Positions 1 through 10,744 of a DNA stretch of 64,000 nucleotides are shown here, in pieces. The position numbers and the translations under genes are program-made. Source of the DNA: Spirochaetota bacterium (GTDB lineage Bacteria; Spirochaetota; UBA4802; UBA5550); NCBI GenBank assembly GCA_963664815.2, contig CAXXHB010000003.1:2048001-2112000 (forward strand). The letters run 5' to 3'. Numbering within the stretch: the first letter of the stretch is position 1; every line of letters begins with the position of its first letter. The notes beneath the pieces were generated by a model, which was not told where the DNA came from, did no database searches, and worked only from the letters and a program-made list of their open reading frames with translations.

Positions 1-1141
1 GATCAAGCATAAGCTGTTCAAGAACAGACCTTAATCCCCTTGCACCGGTTTTACGTTCAAGTGCTATTCTGGCTATCTCTTCTATGGCTTCATTTTCAAA
101 TTCAAGTTCAATCTCTTCAAAAGAGAAAATTTTCTGGTATTGTCTTATTATTGAATTTTTAGGTTCGGTTAATATTCTTACAAGAGCTTTGTGATCCAGT
201 TCATGCAGATGGGCAATGGTAGGTACACGCCCTACAAATTCCGGGATAAGTCCATATTTAATAAAATCTTCAGGTGTCAGATTCTTTGCTATATCTATAC
301 TGGTTATATCCTTGGTTGATTGAATTTTTGCGCCGAAACCGAGAGATTTATTTCCGAGCCTTCCCTGTACAATTTTATCAAGCCCTATAAAAGCGCCGCC
401 CAGTATAAAAAGGATATTAGTTGTATTAATTGTAATAAACTCCTGGTGGGGATGTTTTCTTCCACCCTGAGGAGGCACATTGGCAATAGTTCCTTCAATA
501 ATTTTGAGAAGCGCCTGCTGAACTCCCTCCCCTGAAACATCACGGGTAATTGACGGATTATCTGATTTCCTTGAAATTTTGTCAATTTCATCAATATAGA
601 TAATACCTACCTCCGCTTTCTTTATATCTCCATCAGCATTCTGTATAAGCCTTAAAAGAATATTTTCAACATCTTCACCCACATATCCCGCCTCAGTAAG
701 CGAAGTAGCGTCAACAATTGCAAAAGGTACTTTCAGAAGCCTTGCAAGTGTCTGTGCAAGAAGGGTTTTCCCCGATCCGCTTGGTCCAGCTAAAAGTATA
801 TTGCTTTTCTCAAGTTCTACATCATTTTTTGAAAGATTCTTATTTGAAGCTATTCTCTTGTAATGATTATATACAGCTACAGATAGAATTTTCTTGGCGA
901 CATCCTGATCGATTACATACTGATCAAGCACTTCTTTGATCTCTTTGGGTTTGGGGAGAGAAGTAAAACTGTTATCAAAATTTACATCCGCTTCCTCAAT
1001 AAGAATTTCATTGCATAATTCTATGCATTCATCACAAATATATACATCAGGTCCTGCAACAAGCTTCTTTACAGATTCCTGACTTTTACCACAAAATGAG
1101 CAGGTTAATGATGCGGTGGAATCTTTCTTTTTTGTTGTCAT
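1..1141 (-). CDS. clpX: ATP-dependent Clp protease ATP-binding subunit ClpX (3' end runs off window)
   Basis: Manual minus-strand translation from ATG at 1141: C4 zinc finger [28 protein letters not shown], then VAVYNHYKR and a Walker A motif; directly follows clpP. Confidence 0.96.
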   Translation of the reverse strand, partial: MTTKKKDSTASLTCSFCGKSQESVKKLVAGPDVYICDECIELCNEILIEEADVNFDNSFTSLPKPKEIKEVLDQYVIDQDVAKKILSVAVYNHYKRIASNKNLSKNDVELEKSNILLAGPSGSGKTLLAQTLARLLKVPFAIVDATSLTEAGYVGEDVENILLRLIQNADGDIKKAEVGIIYIDEIDKISRKSDNPSITRDVSGEGVQQALLKIIEGTIANVPPQGGRKHPHQEFITINTTNILFILGGAFIGLDKIVQGRLGNKSLGFGAKIQSTKDITSIDIAKNLTPEDFIKYGLIPEFVGRVPTIAHLHELDHKALVRILTEPKNSIIRQYQKIFSFEEIELEFENEAIEEIARIALERKTGARGLRSVLEQLMLD

Positions 1142-1149
1142 AGATTTAC

Positions 1150-1737
1150 CTATTTTTCAGTCCTTTCTATTACCTTGTCAATAATACCGTATGTAACAGC
1201 CTCTTGTGATGACATGAAATTATCACGTTCCATGTCATTCTCGATTTTATCAACATCTTTACCTGTATGGTGAGCATATATCTCATTAAGCCTGGCCTTA
1301 ACCCTCAAAGTCTCCTTGGCGTGAATAGCAATATCTGAAGCCTGACCCTGGAAACCTCCTGAAGGCTGATGAATCATTATTCGTGAATTAGGGAGAGCGG
1401 ATCTTTTTCCCGGAGCACCTGCTGCAAGAAGCAGTGAACCCATTGACGCAGCCTGACCAAGACAAATTGTCGCAACATCACATTTTATGTACTGCATTGT
1501 ATCATATATAGCCATACCTGAAGTTACAACTCCACCCGGTGAGTTAATATACAGAAAAATATCCTTATCAGGATCCTCTGCTTCAAGGAATAGAAGCTGT
1601 GCAATAACCAGGCTGGCTATGTGATCATCAATAGCCTCTCCAAGAAAGATAATTCTATCTTTAAGCAGTCTGGAATATATATCGTATGAACGCTCCCCTC
1701 TGCTTGTCTGTTCTACTACTATCGGTACAAGGCTCAT
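1150..1737 (-). CDS. clpP: ATP-dependent Clp protease proteolytic subunit
   Basis: [30 protein letters not shown] and RIMIHQP motifs. Confidence 0.98.
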   Translation of the reverse strand: MSLVPIVVEQTSRGERSYDIYSRLLKDRIIFLGEAIDDHIASLVIAQLLFLEAEDPDKDIFLYINSPGGVVTSGMAIYDTMQYIKCDVATICLGQAASMGSLLLAAGAPGKRSALPNSRIMIHQPSGGFQGQASDIAIHAKETLRVKARLNEIYAHHTGKDVDKIENDMERDNFMSSQEAVTYGIIDKVIERTEK

Positions 1738-1926
1738 TTATAGTACACCCCTATTCTGATTTAAATTTATTCCGGCATCTGGTGAGATTAAAATAATTTT
1801 CATAATTTTATAGTATATTTATCGGATTGCAGGTTAATTTTTTTTTATAATTAATATGGATGAATCAGGACTTAATTTTATTTATGATGATTAAGATAAA
1901 ATTACCCGATCCATCCGACGTATCTT

Positions 1927-3327
1927 TTACTGTCCCATATTCACATTAAGATTTACAAATTCTTCAAGCGATATTGGAGATAATTTCTTAATATTGGCAT
2001 TAATATAGATCAAATTCATAGCATTATCAAGCACTATATCATTTTCAACCGATTCTTTACTTTTATTTTCCTCAATCATCCCTTCAATTTCCTGTACAGA
2101 TTTCCCCAATTGTGCTGAAAATTTCTTCAATGTTTCCTGATATTTCTCAGCAGATACTTTCAAATCCTCTTTTTTTGCTACTTCAGAAAGAACCAGGGTA
2201 TGTTTAATAGATATAAAGGCATCTTCTCTCAATTTTTTTCTGTACTCTTCAGGATCAAGCCCAAGAGCCATGGCAAAGTGCTCGATATTATCAGCATTAT
2301 AACCTATACGTTGCTGGGTTTTTTTAAATATTGAATACATTTCATTTAAAACCATTGTTTCAGGAATATCGAAAGTACATTTTTCAATAACTTTATTCAT
2401 CAAATCGTTTTTTACATCAGTTGAAATTCGATCATTTATAAAATTTTCCAGATATTCTTTTGTTTTAATTTTCATATCTTCGGCAGATTCATAGCCTGAA
2501 CCTTTTGCAAATTCATCATCAACTTCAGGAAGCTCAACAGTACTTACCTCTGCAAGCCTGATTACATACGTTATCTCCTTTCCTGTAAACTCTTTTATGT
2601 GATAATCGTCAGGGTATTTAATTGTTACAGTTTTTTCATCCCCCTTTTTCATCCCCAATAAATCTTTGTCCAGCGTATACTTATCCTTACTTTTACCTAC
2701 AACTATTGAATATTCTTTGAATTCAACATTCTGGACTTCTTCCTGGGAAACATTATCTATTCTTTTAAGGTTAAATTTTACAAGGTTTCCTTTAATAACT
2801 TCAAAGCCTGGATCTTCTATTACAGTTATATTTGCGTACCTTTCCCTTACAGTGTCTATTTCAGATTGTATATCTTCTTCTGAAAGATTACAGACTTTTT
2901 CTTCAGAAATAATGCCCTTATAATCTCCAAGTTCAATTGTAGGCATAACTTCAAATATAGCCTTAAACTTAAAAGGCTCATCTCTGCTGATGTTTTCAAA
3001 AGAAATTTTTGGTTCAACTATAGGTGCTAGTTCTTTCTTTTCCACTGCTTCATAAAATGTAATTCGTGCAAGGTTCTCTGCGACTTCTCCCCCGGCATAA
3101 TCTTTATATTTAGTTTCAATTAATTGAATGGGCGCTTTCCCCTGTCTGAAACCGTCAATTTTTGCATTTTTCTGCAGTTTATTAAAAACTGTTTTATACT
3201 CATTTTCAACTCTTTCAACAGGAATTTCTATTTCCAGTTCAACAACGGCATTTTCGAGTTTTTTTTCACTTAAGATATTCAATTTGTACCTCTTTTTTAG
3301 TAATAAATATTCGTTGCCTGACTTCAA
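1927..3327 (-). CDS. tig: trigger factor (true start may be about 15 codons downstream)
   Basis: GFRQGKAP ribosome-binding motif; tig-clpP-clpX order. Confidence 0.95.
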   Translation of the reverse strand: MKSGNEYLLLKKRYKLNILSEKKLENAVVELEIEIPVERVENEYKTVFNKLQKNAKIDGFRQGKAPIQLIETKYKDYAGGEVAENLARITFYEAVEKKELAPIVEPKISFENISRDEPFKFKAIFEVMPTIELGDYKGIISEEKVCNLSEEDIQSEIDTVRERYANITVIEDPGFEVIKGNLVKFNLKRIDNVSQEEVQNVEFKEYSIVVGKSKDKYTLDKDLLGMKKGDEKTVTIKYPDDYHIKEFTGKEITYVIRLAEVSTVELPEVDDEFAKGSGYESAEDMKIKTKEYLENFINDRISTDVKNDLMNKVIEKCTFDIPETMVLNEMYSIFKKTQQRIGYNADNIEHFAMALGLDPEEYRKKLREDAFISIKHTLVLSEVAKKEDLKVSAEKYQETLKKFSAQLGKSVQEIEGMIEENKSKESVENDIVLDNAMNLIYINANIKKLSPISLEEFVNLNVNMGQ

Positions 3328-3630
3328 TCAAAATATTTAAGCCCAACTATTATAAAAATTCTATATTCATAAATATTTAGTGATTAATTTCATTATCATT
3401 CTTTAACACTTCCATAGGATAAAATAATTTATCAACAGCCTTTTTTTCCGGCCATCATATGAAAAATCTATTTTTAAACTAACAAGATTTTTTAAAGAAT
3501 TATTAATTCAATTATTTGCACAGTACATTAACTTTAAACTATGAATTCAAAACAAGGTTATGCGTCAAACATTTTTTATTTATCTTTTGAATGAATACGA
3601 GGTATTATATGTGTAAACATTTAAAATAAA

Positions 3631-3658
3631 AAAGGCGCTTAACACTTTAAGCGCCTTT
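3631..3658 (-). terminator. intrinsic terminator downstream of the tRNA pair
   Basis: aaaggcgcttaa-cact-ttaagcgccttt hairpin followed by a T-run on the minus strand. Confidence 0.75.
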
Positions 3659-3662
3659 CATG

Positions 3663-3734
<72 letters not shown>

Positions 3735-3749
3735 GTATTCGGCCTCTTT

Positions 3750-3831
3750 TGCGAGCGAAGGGAGTCGAACCCCCACACCTTACGGTACCAGATCCTAAGT
3801 CTGGCGTGTCTGCCAGTTCCACCACGCTCGC
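3750..3831 (-). tRNA. tRNA-Leu (TAG)
   Basis: GCGAGCGTGGTGGAACTGGCAGACACGCCAGACTTAGGATCTGG, long variable arm, GGTTCGACTCC T-arm. Confidence 0.95.
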
Positions 3832-4025
3832 TAAAGACGATTGTTATATTTATTAATGGGCAATATAATGCAACTAAATTTTTTATTTTTATCTAAAAAT
3901 TTTTTCGTGGAACATTCTTCTCCAATCATGGGTCAAAAGAATATCAGGCATGAAAAATTCGTTGTTACATAACTAAAGTTACATATATTAAACAATCTCA
4001 TGTGGACTGATCTCTGTTCATTATA

Positions 4026-4463
4026 TTGAAGTCTCAATGGAGTTTACCGGTAATGATTAATCGGTTTCAAATTCTGTCATGCTGCATAGCAGCAGTTTTT
4101 ATTTTTTTTACCGCATGTGATGATCCGTCGGTACCTTCAACCTATAACTTCAAGGTAATGTCATCAGACGGACCATTTACCGGTTATTACTCGGTTGATG
4201 GCGGTTCATTCCAGTATTTTGACGGTTCACTGGCATCCGGAAGTTCCTATTTCTACAGTTATGAGAAAAATTTATCATCTCCTGATTCAATAATGGTCTA
4301 CGCGATAGGTACAGATACATCGGCAACATCAATATCAATTTTTATATATGAAGACGGCGCCCTGGGCGACAGTATAACAGTCTCACAGTCAACCGATTCT
4401 TATGGTAATGATTTAAAGGTTGTAGCAACGATTTCATATACATTCAATGAATCAGATGACTGA
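4026..4463 (+). CDS. putative lipoprotein, unknown function
   Basis: Hydrophobic stretch ending FTAC (lipobox-like); Ser/Tyr-rich mature part; start probably ATG 4053. Confidence 0.6.
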   Translation: MKSQWSLPVMINRFQILSCCIAAVFIFFTACDDPSVPSTYNFKVMSSDGPFTGYYSVDGGSFQYFDGSLASGSSYFYSYEKNLSSPDSIMVYAIGTDTSATSISIFIYEDGALGDSITVSQSTDSYGNDLKVVATISYTFNESDD

Positions 4464-4587
4464 TATTATTTCTATTGACTAAACTATCCCTGTTTCTTTA
4501 TTTTTAAAATATGCTGTATATATTTTAAAAAACGGTAAAATTTATGTTTCCAGAAGAGAACATAACCCACAATCAGCCGGGGAAGAA

Positions 4588-5328
4588 ATGACTCCTGAAA
4601 TTCTGTACGAAGACAACCATATAATAATTATCACCAAACCTCCAGGTATGCTTTCACAGGGAGATTCCTCCGGAGATGAATCCATGCTGGATATTCTCAA
4701 GCAATATATTAAAAAAAAGTATAAAAAAGATGGCGATGTTTTTTTAGGTCTTGTTCACAGGCTTGATAAACCGGTTTCCGGTGTAATGGTTTTTGCACGA
4801 ACCTCCAAGGCTGCAAGACGACTTCATACGGAAATAATAAACGGGAATATGGAAAAATATTATGCAGCAGTTATTGAAAAAAAATTACATACAGATAAAA
4901 AATGGCATTTGCTTGAAAACTTTCTGGTAAGAGAAAACAATCTTACAAAAGTTACAGATAATGTCAGCAGCAACTCCCAAAAAGCAGATCTTTACTACAG
5001 AGTAATATTATCATCTGATAAATATTCCCTGATTATTGTAAAACTCGGCACAGGGAGAAAACACCAGATACGTGCTCAATTATCTGCAATCGGTGCACCT
5101 GTTGCCGGTGATAAAAAATATGGTGCTAAGTCGGAATTAAATAACAGAATTTGTCTTCATTCTGTGCTTCTTGCATTTAAACATCCCACCCTGAACAGTA
5201 AGATGTCATTCTACTCGGATATACCGGAAGTATTTAATAAATTAATTCAAACAGATTCAGAAAAAATAAAAAATGAAATACTTGAATTGGCCGCTGACTT
5301 TAAGCCTACGCTTTGGCATCAAAATTAA
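4588..5328 (+). CDS. RluA-family RNA pseudouridine synthase
   Basis: ILYEDNH, KPPG, HRLD catalytic motif, TGRKHQIR, GDKKYG. Confidence 0.95.
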   Translation: MTPEILYEDNHIIIITKPPGMLSQGDSSGDESMLDILKQYIKKKYKKDGDVFLGLVHRLDKPVSGVMVFARTSKAARRLHTEIINGNMEKYYAAVIEKKLHTDKKWHLLENFLVRENNLTKVTDNVSSNSQKADLYYRVILSSDKYSLIIVKLGTGRKHQIRAQLSAIGAPVAGDKKYGAKSELNNRICLHSVLLAFKHPTLNSKMSFYSDIPEVFNKLIQTDSEKIKNEILELAADFKPTLWHQN

Positions 5329-5500
5329 TACCCCTGGTATCCTTAAATGTTTTAATGGTTTTTTCAGTTTCCAGTGCCGTTTTTATTCTTTTACTCTCCT
5401 GTTCCCTGATTCTTTTATCAGAATTTTCAAATACACCCTTTTGCAGCATTTGTACGGAATCTGTTTTGTCAATTTTCATGTTCACCCCCCTCTGAATCAT
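5306..5500 (-). CDS. small hypothetical protein, C-terminus resembling YjfB-like motility proteins
   Basis: GAGGGG RBS-like run before the internal ATG (MKID); ends RGINFDAKA. Confidence 0.45.
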   Translation of the reverse strand: MIQRGVNMKIDKTDSVQMLQKGVFENSDKRIREQESKRIKTALETEKTIKTFKDTRGINFDAKA

Positions 5501-5766
5501 GAAACATCACTACAGGCTTCTTTTATCAGAAACAACTTTAAACCTTATTTATATTATATGCTATAAATATTATAACCTGCAGTATAACTGTTTTCAATAT
5601 TACCCTATACATAGTATAAAAAGAAAAAGTGTAAAAGTCATCTATTTTTCAGCATTAAACTGTCATTTTCTTTTATAATGCATGTTAATTCCTTAACTTA
5701 TATTTCAGTTTAAAATACATGAATTTATTTAATCTGTCTTAGGCGTCGGAAAAAAAATAAAAATTT

Positions 5767-6570
5767 TTATTTTGACCTGATTATCAGTCCATGCTGGACC
5801 TTAAGAACTACACTGTTCTTTATCAGATTACTGATACCCTCAGCCATATCCAGATCACTGATATTACTCTCAGATCTCTGTAAATTCAGATACTGGCAGC
5901 TTTTCCCATCTATCTGAAATGTAAGCACATTGGATTTTATACCCTGTATAATCCGCTTCCTTGTAAGTTTTGTCATGGCTTCATCAACAAGTCCTATGGA
6001 ATTCTCAGGATTATGCAGAACATCAACTCCATCAAGTCCAAGATTTTCAGCAGTCAGCTCCGGAATTATATTTATTTTGTTAAACTGGCTGAATTTTGCA
6101 TTCATATTAACCTGGTTTAACATCTGAGATATTTCAGTCTGTATCAATTCCCTGTCCTCTGCGGTAAAAATTCCGCTTGAAGCCTGAATAATAAGCAGTC
6201 TTATCCTCTGAAGAATATTCTGATCCTCAGCAGCTGCTGATTCAATTGCATTATGAAAATTCCTCATGTCTTCGGCATTCATTGATTCGCGGCTTAACTG
6301 GTTTAAAAGGCTGCTCATTTTTTCGGCAACTGCAAATCCGGATGGATCATCTGAGGCGCTGTTAATTCTTTTCCCTGTTGATAATTGTGCCATCTGTTTA
6401 TCGAGATTGAACGATGTAATCCTGCTCTGATTGAGTATGAAAGTATTCTGTCCATATCCGTAAACATAAAAATTTGCTCCATCCGGCCGGAACAGAAAAC
6501 TGGCATCTTTACCGGGTGCATTCAATGATAAAAGTAAAATCAATGATGCCGCGTATAACAACTTTTTCAT
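5767..6570 (-). CDS. flagellin-family protein with N-terminal signal peptide
   Basis: LSTGKRINSASDDPSG flagellin N motif; SESNISDLDMAE C motif; GGAG RBS before MKKLLYAASLILLLSLNA. Confidence 0.88.
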   Translation of the reverse strand: MKKLLYAASLILLLSLNAPGKDASFLFRPDGANFYVYGYGQNTFILNQSRITSFNLDKQMAQLSTGKRINSASDDPSGFAVAEKMSSLLNQLSRESMNAEDMRNFHNAIESAAAEDQNILQRIRLLIIQASSGIFTAEDRELIQTEISQMLNQVNMNAKFSQFNKINIIPELTAENLGLDGVDVLHNPENSIGLVDEAMTKLTRKRIIQGIKSNVLTFQIDGKSCQYLNLQRSESNISDLDMAEGISNLIKNSVVLKVQHGLIIRSK

Positions 6571-6776
6571 AATTTACACTCCATAAAAAAATAGTAATAA
6601 ATCTAAAAAAAGTTCCAATTTTAAAAGGGAATATTAAACTTAATCTTCAATCTTTAATTCGTGATAACTACGAAATTCTTACATGAAAATAATCAAATTA
6701 CAGCAAAAGCTTTAATTATGAAAATACTGCTTCATAAAAAAAATACAGAATAATTTTCTGTTATTCCTGCTTTTTT

Positions 6777-8633
6777 TTATCTCTTCAGTATTTTATCAGT
6801 ATCAAGGAGCTGCTGGTTCAGATGAATTACGTTTATATAATTCTTCAACCCTGCAGCTGATTGAATATTTGCACTATCTCCAATAATATTATTTTTTTCG
6901 GATGGATCCTTTTCAAGGTCAAACAGGTATTCCTTACCGTTTTTAAGGTTTGTTATATATTTCAGAGGGTATTCAACCACCTGGAGAAAACGCCCGTTAT
7001 ATGGCTGTACCAGAAAAACCGGGTGTCTGCTTTTACGGTCAAATACCGACAACCCGGTCATCGTATGCGCAACATCTGTTATGCCCAGCATATCTGTAAT
7101 TGTCGGTCCGATATCAATCTGAGAATAAACCCTCCGGCTTATCCGTTCAGGTTTAATTACTCCGTCCCACAGTATAAGAAACGGGATACGGAAGGTTTCA
7201 TCGTAGAAACAGACCTCGTTATTATATATGCCATGCTCTCTCATCGGAAAGCTGTGATCGGCGGTGATTATTATAATCGAGTTCTCAAGGTATTTCCTTT
7301 TATTTAACAATTCAAAAAACACCGGAAGCTGGCTGTCACTAAGTCTTAATGCATTTGAATACTTTTCCTTTATATTCTGAGGATTTTTATATATAGTACG
7401 CTTTTCAGGGGGCATTCCGTCGCAGGGTATATGAGTCCCGATAGTCATAAGCGAAGCGAATACAGGTTTTTGTGGGGTTTTATTATGCAGGGAGTCAAGC
7501 ATACCGAAAAATCTTTCATAGAATATTTTATCTTCAACACCCCATCCCCATATAAACGGTTTGTCTTCTTTCTGTCTGAACTCGCTGTAGGATTTTATTA
7601 TGGAAAAACCGGCTTTCTTCATACTGTTTTTTGTATTATCAAACTGCAGATTATGATATGCCTGGAAAAAAACCGTTTCATATCCTTCTCCTGCAAGTAT
7701 TGAAGGAAAACCCCTGATATTGAGATTCGGGTAATCGACAAATATTTTTCCTTTGAAACTCGGCAGAACTGAAAAGAATATGGAGGCCTGGCCTTTGCAT
7801 GTCTGAACCGAATTGCCGTAAAAACGATCTATATATAACCCTTTTTTTATCAGAGAATTAAAATATGGTGTATAGTCCAAACCATCTGGAGCTTTTGACT
7901 CAACAAAATTAGCATTGAATGATTCAATCATTATAAGGAAAATATTTGGTTTATTTTTTTTTGCCGGTGGAACCGATGAACTTATTGATGTCAAAGGAAT
8001 ACTCTTCCTTTCATAGGGATATTCGGATGTTGATGGATGTGCATAAAGTTCTGAACTTTTACCCGGCAGTGCGCTTTTAGCGAAAAGAGTTAATCCATCC
8101 CCCCCCTGCACCGGAAGTAATACGAGAACAATCCACACAATAAATGAAACCGCAGCCGGTTTGAATTTAAATTTATCATTTATTTCTGCCGTACTGAACC
8201 TGAACTCAATGAATGCAAAGACTGAAAGAAAAACTGAAAGAAAAATTATATCCATTTTGCTGAATGGTGTACTGATCATGGTAAATGCCTCTGCTGAAAA
8301 ACTTATCCCGATATTATCCTTTACCAAAGAAAAATCAAGGGGCGAGCCCGAAGTAAGCTGGTATGCATTTAGTCCCCACAATATGGAGGAAAACAATGGA
8401 AAAAATATTCTCCGCAATATTTTATTTACCAGTAAAATCTCAAATACTGATGAAATCAGATAAAGAGTAAATACGCTGAAAACCGCAAAAAATAAACCGG
8501 AGGGATTTAAAGAATAATCCTGAATATTGTTTATTATAAACAGAACGGTATAAAAAAGCTGAATTACAATCAGCGAAAAGAATAAAAATCCAGGGGCAGG
8601 TATATACGATTTAAATTTACTGTTAATATTCAT
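6777..8633 (-). CDS. LTA synthase / sulfatase family membrane protein
   Basis: N-terminal TM helices, KPNIFLIMIES, catalytic Thr region (NSVQT), TADH, YLFDLEKDPSE. Confidence 0.88.
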   Translation of the reverse strand: MNINSKFKSYIPAPGFLFFSLIVIQLFYTVLFIINNIQDYSLNPSGLFFAVFSVFTLYLISSVFEILLVNKILRRIFFPLFSSILWGLNAYQLTSGSPLDFSLVKDNIGISFSAEAFTMISTPFSKMDIIFLSVFLSVFAFIEFRFSTAEINDKFKFKPAAVSFIVWIVLVLLPVQGGDGLTLFAKSALPGKSSELYAHPSTSEYPYERKSIPLTSISSSVPPAKKNKPNIFLIMIESFNANFVESKAPDGLDYTPYFNSLIKKGLYIDRFYGNSVQTCKGQASIFFSVLPSFKGKIFVDYPNLNIRGFPSILAGEGYETVFFQAYHNLQFDNTKNSMKKAGFSIIKSYSEFRQKEDKPFIWGWGVEDKIFYERFFGMLDSLHNKTPQKPVFASLMTIGTHIPCDGMPPEKRTIYKNPQNIKEKYSNALRLSDSQLPVFFELLNKRKYLENSIIIITADHSFPMREHGIYNNEVCFYDETFRIPFLILWDGVIKPERISRRVYSQIDIGPTITDMLGITDVAHTMTGLSVFDRKSRHPVFLVQPYNGRFLQVVEYPLKYITNLKNGKEYLFDLEKDPSEKNNIIGDSANIQSAAGLKNYINVIHLNQQLLDTDKILKR

Positions 8634-8660
8634 TTAAGCTTTACCATGTCAGTTTTTTTA

Positions 8661-10646
8661 TTACTGTTTTCTTTTTTCGCTGAAAGCTTTGTCAACCATG
8701 GAGTGGTCACCCCCCGGATTCCAGAATGAGTATGACTTACCCCCTCCATCAGTAACCCCTTTAACCTGTTTCATTATATAATCAGTACCCCATGTAGGAG
8801 AATTGTAATTCCAGTCCTGTATCCACTGACGTATTACAGTTCTTCCCCTTGAGTGATAAATTGAACGGATCGAACTGTCCTTTACTATCTGATAAGGCCT
8901 CTCCACATCCGAAAAACGCCTGTAAAATGCAGCACCGAAGTGTGAAGGATATACCATGGGATATATGGCGTCAACAAACCTTGAAAGGAACTGGATGTCC
9001 TGCCCGATAAGGTTGCCGAACCTGTACCATGCATTAAACCCGTAAATGTCTATAGAAACAGGAACACCGGCTTCTTTACGCGCCTGCTGAAGAAAATCCC
9101 CCATAATTTCAGACTTGAACGTGTCATCCTTCTCCCTGTACCTGTACAGACATCTTTTCACAGGTCCGTCAGTCGGGAATCTTATATAATCAAACTGAAT
9201 TTCGTCAAATCCAAGTTTAGCCGTTTCCCTGGCAATTTCAATATTATAGTCACGGACAAACTTCGAATACGGATCGCACCATTTCTCTCTCGGCAGTCCC
9301 ACCCATGGCCTGTTTGAAACCTTATCCCATATGGCATACTTCCCGCCGAAGGCTTCGTAGAGTTTTTTATCTTTAAAGGTAACGTTGCGGGCAATTACAT
9401 AAATTTTATTTTCATGCAGTTTTTTAATTACCTCTTTAATGTTTGTCTTTTTTATTGCGCCGAGCTCACGGGCTGTTCTGGAATCAACAGGGGCATTTAT
9501 CATCCCGTGATCATCCTTGACGTCTATAACCACAGCATTAAATTTATTACGAAGGACTATATCAAGAAATCCGTCAAAGTTTTTATCTATCATCCCCCAG
9601 CTTACATATAAAGCCTGTTTATTTCCCGATTTACTCTTTTCATCCATCGTATACTTCGTTATATCTCTTTTAATAAAAACAGGGGGGTTCTTTTTACTTT
9701 CTTTTACAAATAGCATGGCGGGACCATTATCATTAAAGCATTCCTTAATTTCTCCATAGGCAGGCGAGAGTATAATCTTTTTATCCGCAGGATTGTACTG
9801 GTACAATGCTTCAGTAGTCGCTATAAAAACAGTATCATTAAATGGACTTATTCCATATACACCCTCGGAATTTACATTTTTTACCGGTATATTTACCGGA
9901 TTCCATTTTTTTAAGTCGGTTGTTTCAGCAACTCCGCGGCCGAAAAGATACCCCGAATACAGTTTTCCTTTAACCGCTGCAATAGATGAAACACCTTCAC
10001 AGAAACAGAAATTTCCGGCATAATACTCTTTCGGTATACCGTCGTTTATCTCTTTAGTAGCTGCCGGTGTTATCCGTACAACACCATTGAAAGATGTTCC
10101 CGCATAGATCACATTATCAGCAACTGTCAGTGAAGTAAAATAATATGAATTTTTGTTTTCAACAACATCAATTTTCTGCCAGCTTTTGCCGCTGTCAGCT
10201 GATTTATAAAGGACATGCTTGGTCGCAAGGTATAGTTTAGACTGGTCCGAAGGGTCTATGCAGAATGCCGATATGGATCTGTACTCATCAACACCTGCCA
10301 GCTGAGTTCGCCTCTTCATAAGAGGGGATGATATATTTATCCACGAAGTGTCGCTCTGCGCACGTCTGAATATTCCCGAATATTCAGTTGTAAGGTAGAG
10401 AGTGCCGTTTTTATCGGAAGTAATATACTCCGCCTCAATGTTATCCGGAAGCCCTTCAGACATTTTGTGCCATGAACTGCCGTTATATCCCTTTATCCCT
10501 TCACCAGGGAAATAGCCAATATATATAAAACTCTCAGCCCCCCCTGAACATCCGGCTGTACATGAAAAAAGTAATAATGATATTATTATATATTTAACAG
10601 GATTTCCCCTGAAAACGAATCTGCATATTTTTAAAGAAGAAAACAT
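8661..10646 (-). CDS. exported protein with propeller-like repeats and putative glycoside hydrolase (DUF4015-like) domain
   Basis: NAVVIDVKDD, IARNVTFKD, GFDEIQFDYIRFP, PMVYPSHF motifs; SxDxGxSW Asp-box. Confidence 0.8.
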   Translation of the reverse strand: MFSSLKICRFVFRGNPVKYIIISLLLFSCTAGCSGGAESFIYIGYFPGEGIKGYNGSSWHKMSEGLPDNIEAEYITSDKNGTLYLTTEYSGIFRRAQSDTSWINISSPLMKRRTQLAGVDEYRSISAFCIDPSDQSKLYLATKHVLYKSADSGKSWQKIDVVENKNSYYFTSLTVADNVIYAGTSFNGVVRITPAATKEINDGIPKEYYAGNFCFCEGVSSIAAVKGKLYSGYLFGRGVAETTDLKKWNPVNIPVKNVNSEGVYGISPFNDTVFIATTEALYQYNPADKKIILSPAYGEIKECFNDNGPAMLFVKESKKNPPVFIKRDITKYTMDEKSKSGNKQALYVSWGMIDKNFDGFLDIVLRNKFNAVVIDVKDDHGMINAPVDSRTARELGAIKKTNIKEVIKKLHENKIYVIARNVTFKDKKLYEAFGGKYAIWDKVSNRPWVGLPREKWCDPYSKFVRDYNIEIARETAKLGFDEIQFDYIRFPTDGPVKRCLYRYREKDDTFKSEIMGDFLQQARKEAGVPVSIDIYGFNAWYRFGNLIGQDIQFLSRFVDAIYPMVYPSHFGAAFYRRFSDVERPYQIVKDSSIRSIYHSRGRTVIRQWIQDWNYNSPTWGTDYIMKQVKGVTDGGGKSYSFWNPGGDHSMVDKAFSEKRKQ

Positions 10647-10744
10647 TATGATCCCCCTGAAATATTGTATACTATAATAATGGCGGCACTCTGCTGAACA
10701 AACAGCGTTTTACAGTTATTGTCTTTATCGGAGGTAAAAAGTTG

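Noticed and set aside
5520-5555. Sigma-28 promoter for the small ORF
   Set aside because: TCTGATAA is only a partial -10 match and TAAA is not at the 15-nt spacing.
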